Shown: piece by piece, positions 49,646-59,530 of the stretch
How positions within the stretch are numbered: the first letter of the stretch is position 1
How the letters are laid out: every line of letters starts with the position of its first letter
Origin: an uncultured Rubripirellula sp.
Lineage (GTDB): Bacteria; Planctomycetota; Planctomycetia; Pirellulales; Pirellulaceae
DNA length: 64,000 bases
Direction of reading: 5' to 3'
Assembly (NCBI GenBank): GCA_938045805.1
Contig: CALIBL010000045.1
Coordinates: forward strand, 5,350 to 69,349
Program-made: the position numbers and the translations under genes
Notes under the pieces: generated by a model
Seen by the model: the letters and a program-made list of their open reading frames with translations, nothing else
Databases searched by the model: none
Told to the model about the DNA's origin: nothing

Positions 49646-50000
49646 AACCAACGCCTCGAGCGATCTTCACGAGGTTCCTGATTGATGCCCCTGATTAATG
49701 CTTGAAAACGTTGACAAAACCGGCAAAAAATGGAAGAGAGAGCGAATCCGCAACGAGCCGATACCCGATAAACGCTCAAATTGAGCATCATGTGAGGCAT
49801 CGAGCCGGCTATTTTGCGAAAAAGTAGGCAAGTCAAGAGTGATTGGCGTTGACGATTCGCAGTTCGTTCGCCACATTCTGCCTCTTCGCGGAATTGCCGT
49901 GCAAGTGGGAGAAATTGCCGCTGAGTGAGACGAGTGCAAGTCTCATTGCTCAGGACAGGTGTTTTCGCCGAACCACCCGACCAACGAAAGTCGTGACCCA

Positions 50001-50678
50001 ATGGGTAAAAAATCAAAACGATATCGTGCTGCGCTTTCCAAGCAGCCACAAGATCTGCTTCCGCTAAGCGAAGCGGTAGAAGTCTTAAAACAATACGATT
50101 CGACCAAGTTCGATCAAACGGTCGAAGTGCATATGCGCTTGGGGGTCGACCCCAATCAAGCTGACCAAATCATTCGCGGCAGTCTGGTGCTCCCAAATGG
50201 GATCGGAAAGACCCAACGCGTGGTCGTGTTCGCCAAAGGCGACGCAGCAAAGGCTGCGGAGGCTGCTGGCGCCGACGAAGTTGGACAAGAAGATCTTGCG
50301 AAGAAGATCAAAGACGGCTGGACTGAATTTGACGTCTGCATCGCAGCACCTGACATGATGGGGCTAGTTGGACCTTTGGGTCGCGTGCTTGGGCCACGAG
50401 GCTTGATGCCTAGCCCTAGAGCGGGCACGGTCACTGCAGATGTTGCAAAGGTCGTTGGAGAGTACAAAGCGGGAAAAGTTGAGTTCCGTAACGACAAAGG
50501 TGGAAATGTCCACTCAGTGGTCGGAAAGATGAGCTTCGATTCGACCAAGCTAATCGAGAACATCAAAGCTTTCATTGAGTTTGTAGAGGCAATGAAGCCT
50601 TCAACCATCAAGGGCACCTACGTTCGCGGCATCGCTATTTGCTCAACCATGAGCCCCAGCGTCCGCATTGCCTCCTAA
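50001..50678 (+). CDS. rplA: 50S ribosomal protein L1
   Basis: [11 protein letters not shown]..., [30 protein letters not shown]. Confidence 0.95.
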   Translation: MGKKSKRYRAALSKQPQDLLPLSEAVEVLKQYDSTKFDQTVEVHMRLGVDPNQADQIIRGSLVLPNGIGKTQRVVVFAKGDAAKAAEAAGADEVGQEDLAKKIKDGWTEFDVCIAAPDMMGLVGPLGRVLGPRGLMPSPRAGTVTADVAKVVGEYKAGKVEFRNDKGGNVHSVVGKMSFDSTKLIENIKAFIEFVEAMKPSTIKGTYVRGIAICSTMSPSVRIAS

Positions 50679-50748
50679 GTTAGTGGGAATGCAGGCGGAA
50701 ACGTTTGCCACAGTCAGGTCAAATCAGTCGTCTAAGTGAATCGATCCG

Positions 50749-51273
50749 ATGAGTAAATACGTCAAAGAGCTCGTTACGCGAGACATTCGCCGCCGTCTAG
50801 ACGGTGTGGAGGATGCAGTGCTGGTTAATTGCGTCGGTATGGACGCCAATACCACCAGCGAACTCCGCGGGGAGCTGGATAAGAAAGACATCAAATTGTT
50901 GGTTGTGAAAAACTCACTTGCTCGACGAGCGACCGAGGGAACACAGCTATCGGCAGCATTCGAGGGAGCAAGTGGTCAGGTAGGAGTCTGCTGGGGCTCC
51001 TCCGACTTCGTCTCTCTCGTCAAAGAGATTGTCGAACTCGACAAGGACAAGGCCAAGTTTGACGCTTTCCAGGCCAGCGGTGGTGTGATGGATGGCGAAA
51101 AGCTGGATGCTGAAGGCTTGAAGGCAGTCAGCAAGTGGCCAAGTCGCGCCGAACAAATCTCGCTGCTTGTTGGACAAATCCTCTCACCAGGAGCAGAGCT
51201 CTCAGCAGCAATGCTCGGTCCTGGAAAGATGCTCAACAGCCAAATCAAGAAAATCAGCGAAGGCGACGAGTAG
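50749..51273 (+). CDS. rplJ: 50S ribosomal protein L10
   Basis: L10-like sequence and length, positioned between rplA and rplL (LRGELDKKDIKLLVVKNSLARRA). Confidence 0.9.
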   Translation: MSKYVKELVTRDIRRRLDGVEDAVLVNCVGMDANTTSELRGELDKKDIKLLVVKNSLARRATEGTQLSAAFEGASGQVGVCWGSSDFVSLVKEIVELDKDKAKFDAFQASGGVMDGEKLDAEGLKAVSKWPSRAEQISLLVGQILSPGAELSAAMLGPGKMLNSQIKKISEGDE

Positions 51274-51336
51274 TCGAGCCTCGCTTTACCGTAAACCTTT
51301 CGTACCAAGTCACCAAACTGTTTTGAGGTATTAGAT

Positions 51337-51747
51337 ATGTCTGAAGATACTGCAGTCGCTGAATTCAGCGCAGAAACCAAGGAAATGGGCGACAAGATCG
51401 CTGAACTGACCCTGAAGCAAGCTAAAGAACTTAGCGACTACCTGAAAGAAGCGCATGGCATTGAGCCTGCCGCAGGTGGTGGTGCTGTCATGGTTGCTGC
51501 TGGCCCTGCCGACGCTGGTGCAGCAGAAGAAGAGAAAACCGAATTCGACGTCGTTTTGACTGGCTTTGGCGACAAGAAGCTGAACGTGGTGAAGGTTGTC
51601 AAAAACCTCACTGGCGCTTCACTCATGGAAGCCAAGAAAATGGTCGAAGGCGTTCCTGCGACCCTCAAAGAAGGTGTTGCGAAGGAAGAAGCCGACAAAA
51701 TCAAGGCAGAAATCGAAGAAGCTGGTGGTTCGGTCGAACTCAAGTAG
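51337..51747 (+). CDS. rplL: 50S ribosomal protein L7/L12
   Basis: An Ala-rich hinge is followed by [37 protein letters not shown]...AGGSVELK. Confidence 0.95.
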   Translation: MSEDTAVAEFSAETKEMGDKIAELTLKQAKELSDYLKEAHGIEPAAGGGAVMVAAGPADAGAAEEEKTEFDVVLTGFGDKKLNVVKVVKNLTGASLMEAKKMVEGVPATLKEGVAKEEADKIKAEIEEAGGSVELK

Positions 51748-51792
51748 TTCCTCCCCTCGAGTAAGCTGTTTACTGATTGAATGTGAATTGCC

Positions 51793-51825
51793 CCTTGAGA
51801 CGCTGTTAGGTTCGTCTCGAGGTTT
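51793..51825 (+). terminator. candidate intrinsic terminator after rplL
   Basis: CCTTGAGACG-(10-nt loop)-CGTCTCGAGG forms a 10-bp stem with one G-U pair, followed by only TTT. It lies 46 nt after the rplL stop. Confidence 0.45.
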
Positions 51826-52193
51826 GGAACACACAGTCATCAGGATGGCGCGAAAGTTTCGCTGCTGTCCTGTTTTTTGAAAACGGTTTTCGGTGACACA
51901 ACGTGCGCTAATTGCTGTGAGAAATCCAGCAATTAGTATGCACGGGTTTCCTGAGGCCAAGCTTAGCGCTTTCAGGCACTGTTTATAAACAGCGACCATC
52001 TCTTGCGCATCAATGATTGCACATCTTGGATTAGAAATTCCAGCCGAATCAATCGCTACTGCTGGTCGGTTGTAGTGCTTCCATGGAATTTCGGCACCTA
52101 GGTGGAATTCTGATATGCTCACAGCGACTTCAAGGAAGTTTGAACCAATCGGTGAGAATCTGCGAAGAACACCTAAAACAAGGATCCTGGAAC

Positions 52194-52448
52194 ATGCTCA
52201 CCGAAGATGTCTTGCAATTACTGCAGTGTCCTCTGACAGGCAAAAAGCTATCTCTCGCCACAGAGGGAATGGTTAGCCGAGTGAACGAAGCAATCGCAAC
52301 CGAACACGCAAGGGACCGCACCGAGCAAAAAGTTTACAAACGGATCGACGGTGGATTGGTAACGGAGGATTCCGCATGGCTGTATCCAATCCGAGAACAG
52401 ATTCCGACACTCGTTGTGGAAGAAGCGATCGACCTTAGTTCTATCTAG
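52194..52448 (+). CDS. Trm112/YcaR (UPF0434) family small protein
   Basis: LLQLLQCPLTGKKL...LVTEDSAWLYPIREQIPTLVVEEAI matches the Trm112-like zinc-ribbon family pattern. The likely start is ATG 52194. Confidence 0.7.
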   Translation: MLTEDVLQLLQCPLTGKKLSLATEGMVSRVNEAIATEHARDRTEQKVYKRIDGGLVTEDSAWLYPIREQIPTLVVEEAIDLSSI

Positions 52449-52720
52449 GTCCAGTCTGGCCCTTCTTCTTCGGCGGCACCTCCGTACCAAACCTCAAGGC
52501 ATTCCACCACATGATCCCTTTCGATTCGGTTTGCCCAAACCGAGTCATCCACGTCAAGACGGACTTCATAGTCACCTTCATGGAGACAGTCTTCTTCACC
52601 GCAAAAGTGAGGCACATCGCTTACCCAAACAATGCGGCTGAGCGGTAGATGCTTGTCATCGATTTTGATCAGTGGAGATGTCATTTTATCTGGCCCAATC
52701 TTCCATCGGTAATGCTGCAA
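52445..52720 (-). CDS. hypothetical small protein
   Basis: 91-aa ORF (or 79 aa from MTSPLIK) filling the gap between the Trm112-like gene and proC. No family recognised. Confidence 0.35.
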   Translation of the reverse strand: MQHYRWKIGPDKMTSPLIKIDDKHLPLSRIVWVSDVPHFCGEEDCLHEGDYEVRLDVDDSVWANRIERDHVVECLEVWYGGAAEEEGPDWT

Positions 52721-52786
52721 ACCATGAAATCGGATGACCTCATGCTCGACACACGGTCTAAGAGTCTAGTCGGTCGATGCCTCTAG

Positions 52787-53590
52787 CTAGCTCCCCAATT
52801 CTCGACTACGTTCCGCCGATGCATTGACAGCTTGCATCAACGCACTTCGAAGACCATGCCTTTCAAGCTCCGCAATTGCAGCAATGGTCGTTCCACCGGG
52901 ACTCGCAACCGCATCTTTCAACTCACCGGGATGACGCCCAGTTTCTTCAATCATTTTAGCGGTCCCTAATACGGTTTGCGTGGCGAGCTTCATTGCCAGA
53001 GACCTGGGAAGCCCAGCCTGCACTCCACCGTCGGCTAACGCCTCGATGACGAGGCAAACATACGCGGGGCCGGAACCACTTAGTCCCGTGAGAGCGTCCA
53101 TCTGAGATTCAACGACTTCTACCGCCAGACCGACGCATCCGAGCAGATCCTGAATCCAATGGCGGTCCGCCTCGGTCACCTCGGAACCACAGCAAAATCC
53201 ACTCGCACCTTCCCTCACCAAACTCGGCGTGTTGGGCATGACCCTGACGATTCGGTCATGCTCCACGCCATGCCTCAGTCCTGAGAGAGAAATGCCGGCT
53301 GCAATGGAAATGACAAGCTTACCCTGTAACTCCACCCCATCTGCCTTGGTGACACTGGAGATCATATTAGGCTTCACGGCCAACAGAATGGCGTCAGAAG
53401 CTGCAACAGCCTCAGCAAGCTCCATGCACACCACCTCTGGATGATTCTCCGCCCACCACAACTGGGTCTCCTTGCACGGATCAACAAAACAGACTTCATT
53501 TGCCGGGAGCAACGACGATCCCAGCACGCCCCCCATTAAAGCCCTTCCCATTTGACCGCCGCCAACCAGTGCTAATCGCTTCGATTTCAT
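52787..53590 (-). CDS. proC: pyrroline-5-carboxylate reductase
   Basis: LALVGGGQMGRAL Rossmann motif, RVMPNTP, SGSGPAY, GGTTIAAI. Confidence 0.9.
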   Translation of the reverse strand: MKSKRLALVGGGQMGRALMGGVLGSSLLPANEVCFVDPCKETQLWWAENHPEVVCMELAEAVAASDAILLAVKPNMISSVTKADGVELQGKLVISIAAGISLSGLRHGVEHDRIVRVMPNTPSLVREGASGFCCGSEVTEADRHWIQDLLGCVGLAVEVVESQMDALTGLSGSGPAYVCLVIEALADGGVQAGLPRSLAMKLATQTVLGTAKMIEETGRHPGELKDAVASPGGTTIAAIAELERHGLRSALMQAVNASAERSRELGS

Positions 53591-53712
53591 GCTCTTCTCA
53601 TGAGTTTGCTGCCACTTCCCAATCCCCCCAATTTAACTGATTGCTCGAAGGGGTGCGAAAACGCACACGCGGGGGAACGTCACAATTGACCCTCTGACTC
53701 AGCAGCCTTAAA

Positions 53713-54678
53713 TTGATCGGTTTTTCCCTTCGCAAACAACCCAGAATTTTTGGCGTTACCCTGAAACCCTGTCGTGGCTTCACCAACGTCGGAGAGTCAT
53801 CAAGAAAGATTCCAGTGGACGAAGCAATCAGCAAAGCAGATACCCTGATCGAAGCGATGGGATGGATCCGAAGATTCCGCGGTAAGACCACGGTGATCAA
53901 ACTCGGCGGCAGCCTCCTCGATGACCAAGAAGCAATGATGCACCTCTTGCTTGATGTCATTTTCATGGAGTCGGTGGGGATGAAACCCGTGATTGTTCAT
54001 GGGGGAGGTAAAGCAATTAACCGAGCCCTAGCTGAAGCGGGAATCGAACCCAATTTTGTGCGAGGACGCCGAGTGACCGACGAGGCAACACTGAACGTGG
54101 TCGAGTCGGTACTGGCAGGAGACCTAAATGTTAGACTAACCGAAGAAATGGAGCGACTCGGTGGCCGTGCGATGAATCTCTCCTTCAGGACCACCAATGT
54201 TCTCTTTGGTGAACGGCACCGAACTGAAGATGGAGACGACATTGGGTTCGTGGGTGAAGTGACACGAGTTGACCGAAGTGTTATCGAGGGACTCGCCTAT
54301 ACTGATCAAGTGCCAATCATTCCATCCATGTGTGAGGGTGAAGACGGGCAAAAATACAATGTCAACGCAGACACTGCGGCGATGGCGGTCGCTCAATCAC
54401 TAGGTGCAGAAAAACTAGTCTTCCTATCCGACGTCAATGGCGTGCGACGAGACAAAAATGACCCGTCCACCATCATTCACACGCTGACCAGCCAAGAAGC
54501 AAAACAGCTGATAGCTGAAGGTGTGATTGATTCTGGCATGATCCCCAAAGTGGAGGCTTGCCTTGAGACGTTGGGTCGTGGAGTGAGAAAGGTTCACATC
54601 ATTGACGGCCGAGTGCGTCATTCGCTGCTGCTCGAAATCTTTACCACCAGCGGTGTTGGCACCGAAATCAGCCAATGA
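53713..54678 (+). CDS. argB: acetylglutamate kinase
   Basis: [21 protein letters not shown] and NVNADTAA motifs. The true start may be the in-frame GTG at 53815, which gives a more typical N-terminus. Confidence 0.9.
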   Translation: MIGFSLRKQPRIFGVTLKPCRGFTNVGESSRKIPVDEAISKADTLIEAMGWIRRFRGKTTVIKLGGSLLDDQEAMMHLLLDVIFMESVGMKPVIVHGGGKAINRALAEAGIEPNFVRGRRVTDEATLNVVESVLAGDLNVRLTEEMERLGGRAMNLSFRTTNVLFGERHRTEDGDDIGFVGEVTRVDRSVIEGLAYTDQVPIIPSMCEGEDGQKYNVNADTAAMAVAQSLGAEKLVFLSDVNGVRRDKNDPSTIIHTLTSQEAKQLIAEGVIDSGMIPKVEACLETLGRGVRKVHIIDGRVRHSLLLEIFTTSGVGTEISQ

Positions 54679-54791
54679 CAGATAAGTCTGGACACATCGT
54701 GCCCAAGCATCCAGTTCCACAAGTATCTAATTGCTTATCCGCGTAAGAATTCAAATCGACAACCACAACACATCCCGTCGAGCCGAATCGC

Positions 54792-56477
54792 ATGAACCAA
54801 AACCAAGACCCATCTAACGAAGAAGAAGACCTTCAAGAGCGTGCATTGCCCCAAGGCGATGCAGCACCTGGAGACGATCCGCATCATGATCTTGCATCGG
54901 AGCATGTGGACAATGTCTCCCCCCTAGTCCCAATCGAACTGGACAACGACGGCTATCGGTACATGCCTGACGAAGATGCCTCAGAAGAATCCGAGGAGAC
55001 CACGGAGGAAGCGGATTATCAACCTTCATCGGATGACGCTGAACAAGACGATGAAGAGGATGAGGAATACGAAGAAGAGTACGAAATCGAGGATGAAGAG
55101 CTAGAGCAGGATGAGCTTGAAGACGACGAGCAAGATGAGGATGACGAACTAGACGAATACGAAGACCAAGACGAAGAAGGAACTGAGGAAGACGAAGAAG
55201 AGGACGAAGAGCCAGAGCAGGATGAGCTCGAACAACACGCATCAGCACGATCTCAAGAAGCGATCCATTTATCAAAAATTGAGATCGATCATGAACGATT
55301 ACCGGTCGGTATGCTTTTTTCACTCGATGATGTGAATGTCTCCGTTGATGCTTTAGCTGGTCGTTGCAGTTCACTTGGCTTCGGAGGGAATCGAATAAGC
55401 CAAACGGTACACGAGGCACTCGAAAACCTCACCACTGACTCGGCTATTTGGATGGGAAAAGAGTCAAGTGAATTATCGAATGAACTTCAGTCACCGTACT
55501 TGAAGAGCCTTAACTCCGAAGCTCGAAAATCAATCAGCGCCTTCTTTTCAGTGAGCGGGGGCATTCCTGATCGATTGATTCAATTGAGCGCCTCCGCAGA
55601 CTTGGCGATTGACAACGCAATCTCAATGGCGAGGCGACTGAAAGGAGAATCGTGTTATCGTACCATCGCCATTGCTGGTAGCGATCACGGACGAACTGGC
55701 ATGTGCCGATCAGCTACGGGAATCCCAGAGGTTCAAGAGCGATTCGGTCCGATGATGGCCGGTTTCACCCATGTACCGATGGGTGATGAAAAGACATTCA
55801 CCGCCGCACTCGATGAACAAACCGCTTGCGTGTTGATCTCGCCAATCAACCTGCAGGATTCGGCCATTCCGTGCGACGCGAAATTTCTTCTGCGGGTTCG
55901 AGAATTGTGTGACCAACAAAGTATTCCGCTGATCATCGATGAAACCCAAGTGGTCTTTGGAGCCTCTGGAAGCCCTGCAACATTCCAGATGCTCGCAAAT
56001 ATCACTCCAGACCTCGTGATTTTTTCGGCGGGACTTTTCAATGGAATCACGGGAGCGTTGACTCTTGGGAGTGCAGAATTCGCAAAATCAAACGGCGACA
56101 ATCTCTGCGATTTCCCGCTTCAAACAGCGATCCTGCTGGACACACTGCAACAGCTAGATGAATCACAGCTGATTGCCCCATTAGTTGACGACATCCATCC
56201 CCTCGCCATCAAAATTGCGGAGGCGATCAGCGGTTTTGAATTTGTTCGAGATATCAATGCGACTGGATTGACGATTGGCATTGAGTCAGACATCGAATCC
56301 TCACACGTGGTCGCCACCTCCGCTCGTCATGGCCTGCGTCTGGCAACGGCTGGACCCACTGCGGTTTGCCTGCAGCCACCTCTACTTCTAGGAGAGATCG
56401 ATCAACAAGCACTCATTGATCGGATCAGTTGCACCATGGAAACACTCGAACGAGAATTCTCCGACACTTCTCTTTAG
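54792..56477 (+). CDS. class-III aminotransferase (ArgD)-like protein lacking the PLP lysine, with acidic N-terminal extension
   Basis: The C-terminal ~390 aa align by eye to ArgD: GSDHGRTG vs FHGRT, LIIDETQ vs IFDEVQTG, TPDLVIFSAGLFNGITGAL vs [20 protein letters not shown]. The Lys position is Ala (GCG, 56028..56030). N-terminal residues 60-148 are almost pure Asp/Glu. Confidence 0.75.
   Translation: MNQNQDPSNEEEDLQERALPQGDAAPGDDPHHDLASEHVDNVSPLVPIELDNDGYRYMPDEDASEESEETTEEADYQPSSDDAEQDDEEDEEYEEEYEIEDEELEQDELEDDEQDEDDELDEYEDQDEEGTEEDEEEDEEPEQDELEQHASARSQEAIHLSKIEIDHERLPVGMLFSLDDVNVSVDALAGRCSSLGFGGNRISQTVHEALENLTTDSAIWMGKESSELSNELQSPYLKSLNSEARKSISAFFSVSGGIPDRLIQLSASADLAIDNAISMARRLKGESCYRTIAIAGSDHGRTGMCRSATGIPEVQERFGPMMAGFTHVPMGDEKTFTAALDEQTACVLISPINLQDSAIPCDAKFLLRVRELCDQQSIPLIIDETQVVFGASGSPATFQMLANITPDLVIFSAGLFNGITGALTLGSAEFAKSNGDNLCDFPLQTAILLDTLQQLDESQLIAPLVDDIHPLAIKIAEAISGFEFVRDINATGLTIGIESDIESSHVVATSARHGLRLATAGPTAVCLQPPLLLGEIDQQALIDRISCTMETLEREFSDTSL
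54969..55235 (+). repeat. coding low-complexity GAA/GAG/GAC/GAT-rich tract (poly-acidic region)
   Basis: It translates to EDASEESEETTEEADYQPSSDDAEQDDEEDEEYEEEYEIEDEELEQDELEDDEQDEDDELDEYEDQDEEGTEEDEEEDEEPEQDELEQ. Confidence 0.9.
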
Positions 56478-56520
56478 AGAAAACCTCTGAAGAAAAAATT
56501 GAAGCAATTAAACTACTGCG

Positions 56521-57453
56521 ATGAAACACTTACTCAGTCTATTTGATCTTACCGTCGAAGATCTCCAACGGATTCTTGCCACAGCAAGTCACTTGAAAGA
56601 TCGCCTTCACAAAGGTGACCGCCCCCCCGTGCTAGAACGTCGCGTCCTCGCGTTACTCTTCGAGAAACCGAGTCTCCGCACTCGTGTCAGTTTCGAAACG
56701 GGGATGGCCCAACTCGGTGGCTCCAGCCTCTTTCTCGGTGAAGACGTCGGCTGGGGTAAACGAGAATCGCCATCTGACTTCACTAACGTGCTCGGACAAT
56801 TTGTCGATGCAGTGGTTTGCAGAACCAAAAAGCACGATCGAGCAACTCAGTTGGCTCATTACAATGCGATGCCAGTCATCAACGGCCTGACCGATCTTTG
56901 CCATCCTTGCCAGGCGATGGCGGATGTGCTGACCATTCGAGAAGCGTTTGGTAGCGAAGAGGGCAAACATCTCGTTTTTGTTGGTGATGGCAATAACGTT
57001 TCATCTTCATTGGCTCTTATTTGCGCCATGTTGAAAATGAAGTTCACCCTGGCGTGCCCAGAGAACTATGAACTCGACTCCGATTGGTTATGTAGGGTGC
57101 TTGAAAAGTACCCCGAAGCCACGATCGATCAAACCTGCAATGTCGACCAAGCCGTGAGCACCGCCGACGCGATCTACACCGATGTCTGGACGAGCATGGG
57201 TCAGGAAGAAGAGTCCGCTATCCGAAGGAAAGCATTTTCAGACTTCCAAGTCAATGAATCGCTGATGAGCAAAGCACCTGATCATGCTCGAGTCCTTCAT
57301 TGCTTGCCTGCAGTGCGCGGTGAGGAGATCACAGACGGTGTGATTGACAGCGACCAAAGCGATGTCATCTCGCAAGCAGGCAATCGGATGCACGCTCAGA
57401 AAGGATTGTTGGCTTGGCTTCTGAACCCCCAATGGGTTGATCAAAACATTTGA
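56521..57453 (+). CDS. argF: ornithine carbamoyltransferase
   Basis: [28 protein letters not shown] and [11 protein letters not shown] motifs. Confidence 0.95.
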   Translation: MKHLLSLFDLTVEDLQRILATASHLKDRLHKGDRPPVLERRVLALLFEKPSLRTRVSFETGMAQLGGSSLFLGEDVGWGKRESPSDFTNVLGQFVDAVVCRTKKHDRATQLAHYNAMPVINGLTDLCHPCQAMADVLTIREAFGSEEGKHLVFVGDGNNVSSSLALICAMLKMKFTLACPENYELDSDWLCRVLEKYPEATIDQTCNVDQAVSTADAIYTDVWTSMGQEEESAIRRKAFSDFQVNESLMSKAPDHARVLHCLPAVRGEEITDGVIDSDQSDVISQAGNRMHAQKGLLAWLLNPQWVDQNI

Positions 57454-57515
57454 TGCTAATGCCACTCCAGCCAAACACTTGAACCAAATATTATTTCAGA
57501 CGGACAGATTGCGCC

Positions 57516-58217
57516 ATGCGAGCTTCAGACCAAATCCGTGACGTTGAGATCCAACGCGGCTACTTAGATGCTAACCCAGCTAGTGTTCTCTACCGCTGTG
57601 GTCGTACGATTGTTCTCTGCACGGCCTCAATCGAAGAATCTGTACCTCCATGGATGGTTGGTAAAGGCAAGGGCTGGGTCACGGCCGAATACAATATGTT
57701 GCCGGGTAGCACATCACCACGCAAAAGACGCGACCGCGGTGGAAAAATAGACGGTCGAACAACAGAAATCCAGCGACTCATCGGTAGAAGCTTAAGATCC
57801 ATCATTGACCTCAACTCGCTCGGAGAGCGGATGATTACGGTCGACTGTGATGTGCTGCAAGCAGATGGAGGAACGAGGACTGCTTCCATCACGGGTGGAT
57901 TCATCGCATTGGCAGATGCAATATCATCGATCCTTCCCGAAGCCACGATTGGAAACGGTCCGCTAAAAGATTCTGTCGCCGCTATCAGCGTTGGCCTGAT
58001 CAAAGACGAGATCAAATTGGACCTCGATTATGAACTCGACTCTGCTGCGGACGTCGATATGAATGTGATCATGACTGGCAGAGGTCGGTTTGTTGAATTG
58101 CAAGGTACGGGCGAAGAAGCGACCTTTGACGACGAGCAACTCCAAGAAATGCTTCGTTTAGCACGAATCGGCATTCGAGAACTTACCGAACTGCAACAAC
58201 AATCCCTCTGCTCGTAG
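57516..58217 (+). CDS. rph: ribonuclease PH
   Basis: GSTSPRKRRDRGGKIDGRTTEIQRLIGRSLR, DCDVLQADGGTRTASITG. Confidence 0.95.
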   Translation: MRASDQIRDVEIQRGYLDANPASVLYRCGRTIVLCTASIEESVPPWMVGKGKGWVTAEYNMLPGSTSPRKRRDRGGKIDGRTTEIQRLIGRSLRSIIDLNSLGERMITVDCDVLQADGGTRTASITGGFIALADAISSILPEATIGNGPLKDSVAAISVGLIKDEIKLDLDYELDSAADVDMNVIMTGRGRFVELQGTGEEATFDDEQLQEMLRLARIGIRELTELQQQSLCS

Positions 58218-58291
58218 AGGTCGGATGAATGACGCCACACAACAAGTGGATGATCTCATAGAAATAGGCTCAAGACTCCACCGTGACCGCT

Positions 58292-59530
58292 TTAATGCCT
58301 TGGGTTTTCAAACCACACTACATTGTCGCTAGCGCGGCCAGCCACCAGCAAGTCAAGATCTCCATCTGAATCAAAATCAATCGCACGAATATCATAGGCC
58401 TCTTGATCTTCACCGATCAAATGTCGTGTAAAACCCCCTTGGCCATCATTCTCGTACCACACCGCCACGCGATCTCCGTAGGCGCAAGTCGCCGCGTCCA
58501 TGTCTCCATCGTTATCAAGATCCGCAACCGCGAGACAATGTGGTTCCTTGATGGATTCATCAATCATGTAACGCTTCCAATTCGGGCCCTTAAACCACAT
58601 CACTCCCTCACCGTGACCTCTCGATGCCAATAGATCGATCACTCCGTCCTGATCAACATCGACGGGATGAATATTGGTCGCGCCCGGCTCATCACGACTG
58701 ACCATCATCTTGGACCACCTCCCCTTTGAGGTTGAATCCGATTTCCACCAAGCAAACCACTCACCCTCCGACGTCGCCTGAGGTCCTCCCTTAGCGCCTG
58801 TCACAGCATCGACTCTCCCATCTCCATCGATATCACCCACTCCCAAATAATGCGTGAGCCCAGGGGCATCTTCAATCGCAAATGGGAAAACATCCCACCG
58901 ATCCACTTGGCGAGGGCGTTCCGGAACACGAAGCCACACAAGAGATTCTGGGTAAGGCGGCTTAGGCTGCGCACTGGTGGCCAGCAGATCCATCTTCCCA
59001 TCACCATCCACGTCAGCTTGATTCAAACCGTGAATGCCGTGGACACGATCATCCGCGATGCGTGCTAGCCATTGACCTTGCCCATCCCCCGGATTCTCAA
59101 GCCAAACAATTAAGCCTGGATTATATCGAGCTCCGATGAAATCCAGATCTCCATCACTGTCGACATCAAAACACTCGCTATGGATGTAATGGCTTATGGT
59201 GGGGTGATCATCGATCACGACCTCCATCCAATCCGGAGCAATGAACAACCTCGTTTTACCTCCACCATCGCTTACAACGTCAATGAGGCCATCACCGGTA
59301 AAATCACCAGCAACGGCGGTCACGGTGCGGACACCGCTATGGATGATATGCTTTTCCCACGAACTCTCTTGAGGGCGTTGCCTGTCAACCTGACCGGTAT
59401 CGCTGGCAAAGAGACCTCTGAACGCCAAAAACGAACTGCCGAGAATCAAGAACAAAACAATTGCCCGAAATCCGATCTGCAATCGTCGCAGGGAGACCGC
59501 GCGAGTCCGTGATTCTTGAGCGGCAATCAT
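58292..59530 (-). CDS. FG-GAP/VCBS repeat-containing secreted protein
   Basis: Signal/TM segment, then repeated D.DGDG..D Ca-binding-like FG-GAP units (DVDSDGDLDF, DVDGDGKMDL, DIDGDGRVD, DVDQDGVIDL, DLDNDGDMD, DFDSDGDLDL). Confidence 0.75.
   Translation of the reverse strand: MIAAQESRTRAVSLRRLQIGFRAIVLFLILGSSFLAFRGLFASDTGQVDRQRPQESSWEKHIIHSGVRTVTAVAGDFTGDGLIDVVSDGGGKTRLFIAPDWMEVVIDDHPTISHYIHSECFDVDSDGDLDFIGARYNPGLIVWLENPGDGQGQWLARIADDRVHGIHGLNQADVDGDGKMDLLATSAQPKPPYPESLVWLRVPERPRQVDRWDVFPFAIEDAPGLTHYLGVGDIDGDGRVDAVTGAKGGPQATSEGEWFAWWKSDSTSKGRWSKMMVSRDEPGATNIHPVDVDQDGVIDLLASRGHGEGVMWFKGPNWKRYMIDESIKEPHCLAVADLDNDGDMDAATCAYGDRVAVWYENDGQGGFTRHLIGEDQEAYDIRAIDFDSDGDLDLLVAGRASDNVVWFENPRH

Noticed and set aside
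49700-49740. TTGACA hexamer upstream of rplA as a possible -35 box
   Set aside because: No acceptable -10 hexamer lies at 16-18 bp spacing. Planctomycete promoter consensus is also poorly defined, so no promoter is called.
51619-52122. 167-aa minus-strand ORF overlapping the 3' end of rplL and the downstream gap
   Set aside because: It runs antisense to a highly conserved ribosomal protein gene. No recognisable motifs, and the composition is typical of a shadow ORF.
54969-55235. Highly repetitive GAAGA/GACGA sequence that could be mistaken for a tandem repeat or CRISPR-like array
   Set aside because: There is no fixed repeat/spacer periodicity. It stays in frame within a long ORF and simply encodes poly-Asp/Glu.
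54814-55419. 201-aa minus-strand ORF rich in Arg/Leu/His/Pro
   Set aside because: It is the antisense reading of the GAA/GAC-rich acidic tract (CTC/GTC/TTC codons). It is an artefact of low-complexity coding sequence on the plus strand.
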